In this document: positions 1 through 8,137 of the stretch, one piece after another | Position numbering within the stretch: position 1 is the first letter of the stretch | How the letters are laid out: each line of letters opens with the position of its first letter | Assembly (NCBI GenBank): GCA_051294375.1 | Contig: JBJCIZ010000100.1 | Location: 1-9,359 of the forward strand | From: Paraspadella gotoi | Taxonomy: Eukaryota; Animalia; Chaetognatha | Direction: 5' to 3' | Length of the DNA stretch: 9,359 nucleotides | Translations under genes and position numbers: made by a program | Notes under the pieces: generated by a model | Told to the model about the DNA's origin: nothing | Seen by the model: the letters and a program-made list of their open reading frames with translations, nothing else | Databases searched by the model: none

Positions 1-17
1 TGGTTTCGGCCGCGGGA
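1..17 (+). promoter_or_regulatory. Putative primer-binding site TGGTTTCGGCCGCGGGA
   Basis: Starts with TGG (complement of tRNA CCA) 196 nt before the gag ATG. Reads as the complement of T-stem (CCCGC) + acceptor strand (GGCCGAA) + discriminator A + CCA. I do not recognise the cognate tRNA. Confidence 0.6.
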
Positions 18-196
18 AAAGAGGGCGCTCCAAATCACCATCCGTCGGCGGCAGTACGGGACCCCCAGAACCGAAAAAACTCACACAACAACCGACAGAC
101 ACTGACACATCGACGTCTACATTAACACAATACGGAACTGAGACACTTTCAGATACGCACTCTGCATCAACGGCGACCGAAAGTGAAAAGTCCGAA

Positions 197-1327
197 ATGG
201 CAGATCCAAACAAAACTGTACCCAAGTTTCCCGTCCAAGGATCATCACAGATGATCACCCCGTCACCTCCACTTTTCACAGATGAAGTCATGGACACTCT
301 TGCAGACCAACTAGTCTCACGATTCCAATCGCGCATTGAAGGCATTTTAGAACAACAGACTGAAAACTTGCTACTCTCTCTACAACGACAACAATTAGAA
401 CAAAGACAACAACAACCAATGGAAATTCCAATTCCTCCTCTCATTGCACCCAATGACATTAGCTCCAACACTGGGCATACCAAAACTCCCAAAATCCCAA
501 CTTTTGACGCCGCCAACGTAGAAATATGGGCAAGACAAGTGGCTACGGCATTCAAAACAACAAAAAACATGGATAATGAGACTAGAAACTCCTACATCCT
601 TGCTTCTATTGGCGCGGAACATCGCCCTCTCATTGCCGATCTCTTTGATAAGCTTGAAGAGAACACTGATGTCATTCTTCAAAAACTAGTAGATGAATTT
701 GGCCCAACTCTTCGTGACAGAGCACAAAGGTGCCTCCATATTCCAAAACTCAACGGCCTCCGCCCTTCTCAATGGAGAAAAAGAATTGAACTTGACTGGC
801 GCGGTGTAACCATAGAGCATTTCAAAAAAGAAGCCTTGGCAAGCATTCTTCCTCCACGTATCCGCGACATTGTCATCACTGAGAACAACTCCTTTGAGGA
901 AGCAGCACGCGCCGCTGATGCTTTTTATGACAATGCAGGGAACTTGAAAGACAAAAGCCATGCCCCAGTCAACACCATCAGTTCCATAAGCATTACAAAT
1001 GACCATGCATACTCAGATGAAGCAGACGAGATAGTTCTTGCAGATGAAGAGCCGTCATTTGACGAACAAAGACCAATCCAAACATATGCATCTGTCTGCG
1101 CAGCCACCTCCCGCCGAACCCAAGAAAACCGCAATCCAGGCCGCGCACGCCCATCGCCGCAATTCAAAACTCGACCTCAAACAACAACAACAACAACAAC
1201 AACTCGACCCTCTATCATGTCTGACGGTGTCCAGGTCTGCTACTTTCACCGCACCTATGGAACTAGAGCTAGAAAATGTGAGTCTGGCTGCCTGTATGAG
1301 GGAAAAGTGAAAGCCGGCGGCAAGTGA
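197..1327 (+). CDS. gag: Gag polyprotein (376 aa)
   Basis: ATG-to-TGA ORF upstream of pol. KIPTFDAANVEIWARQVATAF resembles the P-x-F...W..Q...F start of Gypsy capsid regions. C-terminal CYFHRTYGTRARKCESGC (1238-1291) is a CHCC nucleocapsid motif. Confidence 0.93.
   Translation: MADPNKTVPKFPVQGSSQMITPSPPLFTDEVMDTLADQLVSRFQSRIEGILEQQTENLLLSLQRQQLEQRQQQPMEIPIPPLIAPNDISSNTGHTKTPKIPTFDAANVEIWARQVATAFKTTKNMDNETRNSYILASIGAEHRPLIADLFDKLEENTDVILQKLVDEFGPTLRDRAQRCLHIPKLNGLRPSQWRKRIELDWRGVTIEHFKKEALASILPPRIRDIVITENNSFEEAARAADAFYDNAGNLKDKSHAPVNTISSISITNDHAYSDEADEIVLADEEPSFDEQRPIQTYASVCAATSRRTQENRNPGRARPSPQFKTRPQTTTTTTTTRPSIMSDGVQVCYFHRTYGTRARKCESGCLYEGKVKAGGK
1181..1204 (+). repeat. (ACA)7 microsatellite encoding poly-Thr in Gag
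   Basis: ACA x7 + ACT = T8, just before the CHCC knuckle. Confidence 0.9.
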
Positions 1328-1359
1328 GCGGCGCCGCCGGCGTTATCGAGACTCTGCTC
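1300..1359 (+). promoter_or_regulatory. -1 programmed ribosomal frameshift signal: slippery G_GGA_AAA plus stem/pseudoknot
   Basis: X XXY YYZ heptamer at 1300-1306 in gag phase; 6-nt spacer; perfect 9-bp GC stem 1313-1321/1333-1341; loop GAGCGG (1326-1331) can pair with CTGCTC (1354-1359). The pol frame is -1 and is closed by TGA at 1297-1299. Confidence 0.88.
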
Positions 1360-4300
1360 CACGTTCGCGACAACTCCAACAACCTCAACTGGCTCGTGGA
1401 TAGCGGTGCTAGTGTTTCACTGGTCCCGCCAACGCCTCAACAAATCGCTAAAGGCCCATCCGCACCTCCCCTCCACGCAGCCAATGGCTCAGAAATCCCA
1501 TGCTATGGTGTCCAACCCATGAATCTGCAACTTGGGCACCGCGAATTCGAATGGGACTTTGTTGTTGCGAACGTAACCGCCCCAATCATCGGCGCCGACT
1601 TTCTAATGAACTACCATTTGGCCGCGGACAACACACTAGGTCTTCTAGTTGATCTTGAAGACTTCACCACAGTCACTGGCAAATCAGTCTCAGCCACTCC
1701 CACTCGAGTCAACCATGTTTCCAACGCCTACACACAATTACTTGACGAAAGACCAGAACTCACAACTCTTTCTTTTGACCCTTCAATACCTAAACATGGT
1801 GTTAAACACTACATCCCAACTGAAGGGTCTCCAGTTCACTGCCGTGCCCGCCGTCTCTCCCCAGAACACCTTGCAGCAGCAAAAGCAGAATTTGACAAAA
1901 TGGAGGCTCTTGGCATCATTCGCAAAAGCCACAGTTCATGGTCCTCGCCACTCCACATAGTCAAAAAACCCGATGGAAGTCTCCGCCCTTGCGGAGATTA
2001 CCGCAGACTAAATGCTGTCACAAAGGATGACCGATATCCCATCAAGCACATCCTTGATTTCAATGCTCACATTGCGGGAAAAAAGGTCTTTTCTAAAATC
2101 GACCTTTACAAAGGGTTTCACCAGATTCCCGTAGCTGAAAGAGACATCCACAAAACAGCCATTATCACACCTTTTGGCCTTTACGAGTTCTTAAGAATGC
2201 CTTTTGGCCTCAAGAACAGCGGCCAAGACTTCCAAAGAATGATGGACGCCGTCCTTAATGGAGTCCCTCATTGCTTTGTTTACCTTGATGATATCTTGGT
2301 TGCTTCAACCTCTGAAGAAGAACACCTCGAGGACCTTTGTTTCCTCTTCAACACTCTCGCCGCTAATGGGCTGGTTATTAACCGCTCAAAATGCATCTTT
2401 GGCGCCTCTTCTCTTGAATTTCTTGGGTACGAAGTCAGTGCTGCAGGAGTCAAACCACTTCCAGCCAAAGTCGAAGACCTGCGCAAATTCCCAGCACCAA
2501 CGACGATCAAAGAACTCCAACGTTTTTTAGGAGTTCTGAACTACTATCGTCGTTTCATACCAAAGGCAGCTCACCTCCTTCACCCTCTTTATGTCGCTCT
2601 CAGAGGGAAGCCAAAGAGACTCACGTGGTCACAAGAATGCGATATAGCATTCAACACTGCCAAAGAGACCCTAGCCAAGGCAACCATGCTTGTCCACCCA
2701 ATTGATGGCGCTCCCCTAGCACTCACAGTTGATGCCTCCAATCTTGCAATGGGAGGTGTCCTGGAACAAGCTGTTGATGGTGTATGGAAACCACTCTCAT
2801 TCTTTTCCTCACCTCTCACTGACAGCCAAGGTAAATGGCCCTCTTTTGACAGAGAGCTTCTTGCTGCATTTCGCGCCATTCGTCATTTCCGACCATTCCT
2901 AGAGGGACGTCCATTCTGCCTGTTCACTGATCACAACTCCCTTGTTCCATCAATTCGTAAAAAATCTGAACCTCATTCAGCCAGACAAACATACCAACTT
3001 TCTTGCATATCTGAGTACACCACTGATATTAGATTCATTGAAGGCAAAGCAAATATTGTTGCAGATGCCCTATCTCGCGTCAACATAACAACAGAAACAG
3101 TCTCTCTCCTCGAAACAACCATAAATGCTATTGAAAACCAAGGCATTGATTTCACAGCAATGGCACAAGACCAAACCACCGACATCGATGTTCAACGACT
3201 TCTTCGTGACCCACACACTGGTCTGCGCCTTGCCAATATCCGCATAAACAACACTGACATAATTTGCGACATCAGCACGGGCAAAGCGCGCCCTGTTGTA
3301 CCAGAAACATGGCGAAGACGTGTATTTGATAAAGTACATGGCCTCTCACATCCATCTGCAACAAGCACAAAGAAGATGATCTGCCAACGTTTTGTCTGGC
3401 CATCAATCTCTGCAGATGCCAAAAGTTGGGCTCTTCAATGCCATCAGTGTCAACGTTGCAAAATACAACGCCACACCCAAGCACCACTACAGCCATTTGA
3501 AACCCCAGAAACTCGTTTCCAACATGTTCATATAGATCTAGTTGGCCCCCTTCCTCCCTCCAATGGATTCACACATCTCCTCACTTGTGTCGACCGTTTT
3601 TCACGTTGGCCCGAAGCCATCCCACTTAAAGAAACAAATACTGCAGCCATTGCAACAGCATTTCTCCACAACTGGATTGCTCGATTTGGAGTTCCTGTTT
3701 CAGTGACCTCAGACCGAGGTGCTCAATTTTCATCCGAATTGTGGCGCCAACTGTCTCAAACCATTGGTTATCAGCTTTCACAAACAACTGCATATCATCC
3801 ACAATCCAACGGTATGGTGGAAAGATTTCATAGGACACTAAAGGCATCTCTCAAAACTAAGTGTGACACAAATGGTAACAATTGGTTTCACAAACTGCCT
3901 TGGATCCTCCTAGGTCTTCGCACAACTCCAAAAGATGATCTCCAAGCATCTCCTGCCGAATTAGTTATAGGAGAAAACCTTACTATTCCTGGAGAACTCA
4001 TTACAAATGAACCTCCTCTTCCAGAAGTTGATGCTCAAGAACGAGCTAATGTCCTAAGAGATCTCCGTCATGAAGTTGCCATCATGCGCCCCACTCCTGG
4101 AACCGCCCACACCAAACCACCCCAGCATGTTCCAGACACACTCAAAACCGCAGAATGGGTCTATCTTCGCCGCGGCGCCACCGCTGGCCCACTTAATCCT
4201 CCTTACGACGGCCCTTACGCCGTTGTCTCAAGAAATGAAAAAAACTTCATCATCACCATTCCAGGAAGGGGTAACGAAACTGTTTCCATTGATCGCCTTA

Positions 4301-4566
4301 AACCCGCGGTTATTGATGAAGAATCTCCCCCCGTACCACTTCCCCCACGTCCAAGAGGTCGTCCACGTCATCGATCATCATCTCCAACGCGCGCAGGCCC
4401 CGATGAACAATCAAGAAATCCCAACGCTGATCCTTTGACAAGAACAAACCTGCGATCTGCTCTTCGCGCAACATCGGCACCTCCAACACGAATCCAACCA
4501 AGACGAGCAGCAAAAGATCGAGTAAACCTCCCAGAAATGTTCACTCCAATCGATGACAATGAATGA
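1324..4566 (+). CDS. pol: Pol polyprotein (protease, RT, RNase H, integrase); probably made as a Gag-Pol fusion by -1 frameshift at ~1300-1306 rather than from the GTG at 1324
   Basis: Protease WLVDSGA (DSG 1399-1407) and IIGADFL. RT RPCGDYRRLN, KIDLYKGFHQI, MPFGLKNS, YLDD (2281-2292). RNase H VDAS (2728), RELLA, TDH (2926), ADALSR (3061). Integrase HGLSH...CHQC, D(3535)-D(3712)-35-E(3820), GPY (4210). No internal stops. Confidence 0.97.
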   Translation: MSGAAGVIETLLHVRDNSNNLNWLVDSGASVSLVPPTPQQIAKGPSAPPLHAANGSEIPCYGVQPMNLQLGHREFEWDFVVANVTAPIIGADFLMNYHLAADNTLGLLVDLEDFTTVTGKSVSATPTRVNHVSNAYTQLLDERPELTTLSFDPSIPKHGVKHYIPTEGSPVHCRARRLSPEHLAAAKAEFDKMEALGIIRKSHSSWSSPLHIVKKPDGSLRPCGDYRRLNAVTKDDRYPIKHILDFNAHIAGKKVFSKIDLYKGFHQIPVAERDIHKTAIITPFGLYEFLRMPFGLKNSGQDFQRMMDAVLNGVPHCFVYLDDILVASTSEEEHLEDLCFLFNTLAANGLVINRSKCIFGASSLEFLGYEVSAAGVKPLPAKVEDLRKFPAPTTIKELQRFLGVLNYYRRFIPKAAHLLHPLYVALRGKPKRLTWSQECDIAFNTAKETLAKATMLVHPIDGAPLALTVDASNLAMGGVLEQAVDGVWKPLSFFSSPLTDSQGKWPSFDRELLAAFRAIRHFRPFLEGRPFCLFTDHNSLVPSIRKKSEPHSARQTYQLSCISEYTTDIRFIEGKANIVADALSRVNITTETVSLLETTINAIENQGIDFTAMAQDQTTDIDVQRLLRDPHTGLRLANIRINNTDIICDISTGKARPVVPETWRRRVFDKVHGLSHPSATSTKKMICQRFVWPSISADAKSWALQCHQCQRCKIQRHTQAPLQPFETPETRFQHVHIDLVGPLPPSNGFTHLLTCVDRFSRWPEAIPLKETNTAAIATAFLHNWIARFGVPVSVTSDRGAQFSSELWRQLSQTIGYQLSQTTAYHPQSNGMVERFHRTLKASLKTKCDTNGNNWFHKLPWILLGLRTTPKDDLQASPAELVIGENLTIPGELITNEPPLPEVDAQERANVLRDLRHEVAIMRPTPGTAHTKPPQHVPDTLKTAEWVYLRRGATAGPLNPPYDGPYAVVSRNEKNFIITIPGRGNETVSIDRLKPAVIDEESPPVPLPPRPRGRPRHRSSSPTRAGPDEQSRNPNADPLTRTNLRSALRATSAPPTRIQPRRAAKDRVNLPEMFTPIDDNE

Positions 4567-4753
4567 GCCTCTCCGAAGTTTAATAACAAACTAATTCTCA
4601 AACCTTACCCTACATTGTACAAATGTAAATAATTATTGCAACCGTTAGCATGTTTACTTAAAAATAAGTAGATATTTATAGAATGTGCAATTTTAAATTA
4701 AATAATGATAATTTTATATTTCCGACGTTTTAACAACACGAAAAAACCACATC

Positions 4754-4768
4754 GAAAATAGGGGGGGG
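4754..4768 (+). promoter_or_regulatory. Putative polypurine tract (plus-strand primer)
   Basis: GAAAATAGGGGGGGG about 190 nt after the pol stop, followed by T-TG (TG at 4770-4771, a possible 3' LTR start). Confidence 0.6.
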
Positions 4769-4868
4769 TTGAAGAGAGAGAACGTGAATGAAAAACTCGT
4801 TGAGCGAGAGGAATTTTGATTAGGTTGAGCCAAATTGATTAAGGAGGGATCGATGAGGGCGAGGGAGA

Positions 4869-5096
4869 GGCAAGGTGGATTGGCAAGGTTGGGATTGGCA
4901 AGGTGGGATTGCAGAGTGAGCGTTTGCAAGGTGGTGGCCGAGATTGGGTTGGCAGATTTGATAGCAGAGTTGGAAAGGCAATGTCGGCGATGGCACATTT
5001 GGTGATGGCAAGTTGGAGACAGAGTGGAGATAGCAGAGTGGGGCTAGGCAATGGTTGAGATGGAAAGGATGGGATGGCAAAGTGGACTTAAAGGTG
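4869..5096 (+). repeat. Degenerate G-rich minisatellite, ~12-17 nt unit, consensus ~ATGGCARRGTGGG, about 16 copies
   Basis: GGCAAGGTGGATT-GGCAAGGTTGGGATT-GGCAAGGTGGGATT, then variants ATAGCAGAGTTGG, ATGGCACATTTGG, ATGGCAAGTTGG, ATAGCAGAGTGGG, ATGGCAAAGTGG. Unit lengths are not multiples of 3. Confidence 0.8.
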
Positions 5097-5259
5097 TGGA
5101 TGCAATTACGCAGCCATTTCCTGTGCTTTTAAAGTGAAATTAACAAGGGCACACAGCTGACAAGTACTTTGAGAAAGACAGCGATATCTTCGCAGGTGGC
5201 CAAGTTAATTTTTTTTTTTCAATTTATCGCTAACTAAATTAATATAGTCAATAACATAT

Positions 5260-5465
5260 TTCCTTTCTATTTTTTTTACCTTTTTTTTTCTTTCTTTCGT
5301 GCTTACTTACTTTCTTTTTCTTTCCCTTTCTTTAGCCACCCGTCGTCCATTTTCACGTTGTCCCAAATCGGCCTCTTCTCATATATCTCCTCATCTCTCT
5401 CTCTCTCTCTCCTCTCTCTCTTTGTTTTCCTTAGTTTTTATTTTTTCTGTTTTGTGTTTTGTTTT
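5260..5465 (+). repeat. Pyrimidine-rich low-complexity tract with (CT)n at ~5394-5420
   Basis: T-runs and a TCTCTC array seen directly. Confidence 0.85.
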
Positions 5466-7136
5466 CGCCCAGCGGTCGGTTCCGTTCGACGCTTAGTCCC
5501 GGGGTTTCTTTATCTCGCGTTTTTTTGTTGTTGTTGGTTTGATTTTTATGTTTATTGTTTTCATTTTAGTAAAGTAATTTAATATATTGTTAAAGTTATA
5601 ATGTTAACCGAGAAGCGGAGAAGAATATTTACAATTCACAGAGAAAACAAACGTTGATTACTCTCGTCTCGAATCAAATCGGTGTTGAAACGAGTGAATC
5701 CGTGGGCAAGGAGAATTTATGAAATCAAATTTATATAAGAAAGCTAATATCAAAAATCTTTATGCTAATGAAAGTAATGCTTCTAAGTGATTCTTCAAGA
5801 AGATTAGTTCTATTGTAGGGTGAGTGACCGGTAATTCGCGAATGTGTCTCTCAAACTCATGCAGAATTATTTATCCAAATCATTCCGAATTGCTATGTTA
5901 CGAAATTCAGTCTACATTTGTTGGTCAACTCATAAGATTACTTAGAGAGTCGTACGTCTGTTGTTTAGAATCCGAGAGACTTTTTCAATGGAGATTTCGT
6001 TAAAATCTGACTACCAAATCAATGTCAAACGCCCCTGGGAATAAATTCGATTAGAAAATAGTATGGTAAAAAACACTCGCATTCCGATCCTTTTCTATCT
6101 GGAAGGGCTCGTCATTTTTTTTCTCTGACATAATCCATCTTTTTTGACACAATCAACATCAATTTCAAATGGTACGGTCCGTCCGCGGAAAAACTTATCG
6201 ACAGAATTTATTATATATTATAAAAAGGATTTCAACTTCAAAATACAATGTCACAACGTCATTTAAGTGGTCAAAATGTTTGTCGATTTTTACAATAACT
6301 TCAAATATTCAGGGAATCATAGCGATAGCACATATGTCTCTGAGGGCCTCATCAAATTTTTCTTTGAATTCTTATTTGGCTTATTATTATATGCATACGT
6401 TCATGTTAAAGTTGAATTAGTCATTTTGTGAAATTTTATTTGAAGTAACAAAGTAAAAAGAGGAGTTAACTATCGTAATTCTAAGCTGAGTTTTATAACC
6501 GGGAGTCGATTCGGGAAAAATCTTTTATGGTCGAAAATCTTCTCCAGTCAAGAGAGGATGGATTTTCCGAAGATTATTGGCTTATATTTCTATATTTTCG
6601 CTCAGGATTTTTTTGTAAATACTTAATATTACAAATATTAGCCATCATTCTACCTTTGGCCGTATAAGAAGTATATCTAAAAAAAACTCTCATGGCTTTG
6701 TTCGTAGAGCTTAGTCCTATTTTACGTTTTTTCCTCAAATAATCGTTTCAAAAACTCGTAACCGTCGACATCGTCTTACGGCGCCTCCAGAAAACAGTGT
6801 AGTGAAGGTTTCCCCAGTAACTAGCAACTCAAAATAAACAATATCGAACCACGGGTAACAGGCCGTAAGCCCCAGCGCTCTTAGTACGACTATTGCAGTG
6901 CAATACAGCTATCATAAAACGTACGACTATCTTACAAGAATCACAGAGTGTGAAAGAGTCGGGGAATCTCGGGGGTCCACTTGTCTGACCCGTACCTGAC
7001 CTACTCCGAACCATGACCTGGGCGAAAGGAAAAGAAAGAGGGGGAAAAGAGGGAGAGAGAGATAGTCAGTGGGAAGAGAAGTGAGGGGGGAGGGCAGGAA
7101 AAGGGAAGGAAGAGGAGAGAAAGAAGTGGTGAAAAT
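5349..7136 (+). other. ~1.8 kb imperfect inverted-repeat (rod-like fold-back) domain, axis ~6160
   Basis: Nested complementary blocks: 5349-5356/7129-7136, 5463-5472/7018-7027, 5535-5543/6843-6851, 5549-5556/6833-6840, 5685-5693/6743-6751, 5741-5749/6575-6583, 5798-5805/6536-6543, 5853-5859/6487-6493, 5863-5869/6476-6482, 5896-5901/6445-6450, 6033-6043/6306-6314, 6087-6094/6223-6230. Confidence 0.7.
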
Positions 7137-7489
7137 TACTCGTTTCTGCCACCAAAAATGTGTGGTTTTTTCTTTTCTTTCTTCGCGCGGGGAGGATCGA
7201 ACATAAGTTTCATATTTTGCCATATTTTCTAAAAGTCGGCTCCCTCCCATGTTGCAGAATTTGGACTTGGTTAGGAGTTTAAGGTTATTGATAGGATAGA
7301 AGTCAGCGATTTTCAGTATATAAGGGATTTGCGTCAGTTAGGGATTGGAATTAACCTTATAAAGCGTAAAGATAGAGACTTAAATATTAGGGTAAAATTA
7401 ATTAAAGGATTAGTAATCTAAATGTGGCCGCCTTTTCTCAGAAAACTAGTGCAAAAGATATTTTCGTTATTATTTTCGTCAGATAGTGG

Positions 7490-7771
7490 TGGGGACTAGG
7501 AAAGGCAAGGAAGGGGGAACGGTGGCGTGCGAAAAAAGGGAGGAAGGGAGGGGGGGGAAAAAAAAAAAGGGGGGGAGAGGAAGGGGGGAAAAGGTAGGGT
7601 AGGGAAGGGGAGGGAAAAAGGGAAAGAAGAGGCGAGAGAGAAGGGAAAAAGGTAGGAAAGAGGAGAGAGAGGAGGAGCGGGGGGGGAAGGGGGGAGGAGG
7701 AACGGGATAGGGAGGGGAAGCGGAGGAAAAGGAGAGAGAGAAGAAAGAGAAGAGAAGAAAGAGGAGAGAAA

Positions 7772-7803
<32 letters not shown>
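7490..7803 (+). repeat. Long polypurine region with many G-runs, ending in (GA)n at ~7781-7803
   Basis: Almost all A/G; multiple G3-G9 runs; GA dinucleotide array. Confidence 0.9.
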
Positions 7804-8040
7804 TCTAATTCTGTCCGTCTGTCGCTTTTTTTTTAGCTGAATTTTTTACTTCATTTTTTCCTTCTTTTTTTTTTAAATTCTAAATCTTCATTTTGTTTAA
7901 AAGTGTCCGACAGACAGAACAATAGTATTTCTTTCTAGTATATTATCTTTATATCATACGCAGGAGAATCAACCTCACCTTAAAACGAAAAGCGGATCGT
8001 AGGATCGGGCGAATCGCCGTAAAAAATGGAATCGCCGAAT

Positions 8041-8137
8041 CCAATGATTGGTCGAGTTGGAACCGGCTTCGACCAATCAGCTGGCGGAACGAGGAAAGGT
8101 CAAAATAACTCATGCCACCAAATCCTCTCTCTCAGTT
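8041..8137 (+). promoter_or_regulatory. Candidate Pol II promoter: three CCAAT boxes and a TCAGTT initiator-like motif
   Basis: CCAAT 8041-8045, ATTGG 8047-8051, CCAATCAG 8073-8080; TCAGTT 8132-8137; locally CpG-rich. Confidence 0.35.

Larger units (their letters stand above)
1..4768 (+). mobile_element. Ty3/Gypsy LTR retrotransposon internal region (PBS to PPT), CsRn1/Kabuki-like
   Basis: gag then pol with domain order PR-RT-RNaseH-IN (Gypsy order); C-X2-H-X9-C-X3-C Gag knuckle; TGG start; G8 tract after pol. The 5' LTR lies outside the window, so the true 3' boundary is undetermined. Confidence 0.95.

Noticed and set aside
1324-1326. GTG as an independent pol start codon
   Set aside because: Eukaryotic context; it lies inside the frameshift structure, and -1 slippage explains pol expression better.
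3228-3237. CCTTGCCAAT in pol complementary to the minisatellite unit
   Set aside because: A single 10-nt match in coding sequence against a multi-copy repeat; plausibly chance.
395-4601. Many short alternative-frame and antisense ORFs overlapping gag/pol
   Set aside because: Shadows of the long ORFs; no recognisable motifs, and poly-Q/poly-C are just the ACA repeat in other frames.
4714-5080. Minus-strand ORFs (70-94 aa) as an antisense accessory gene
   Set aside because: All three frames are open only because of the C/A-rich minisatellite, whose unit lengths are not multiples of 3.
4869-5096. CRISPR array or telomeric repeat
   Set aside because: No unique spacers or cas genes; units are degenerate and not TTAGGG/TTAGG-type.
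5299-5582. Hydrophobic ORFs resembling an env/TM segment
   Set aside because: F/L/S-rich translation of T/CT tracts; non-ATG starts; no env motifs.
7011-7030. Hammerhead ribozyme suggested by ATGA...GAAA
   Set aside because: No CUGANGA core with proper stems; the segment pairs better with 5463-5482.
4770-8134. A defined 3' LTR ending at CTCTCTCTCA (8125-8134) or at another TTCA
   Set aside because: Terminal inverted match is weak and there are several alternatives; without the 5' LTR or TSD the end cannot be assigned.
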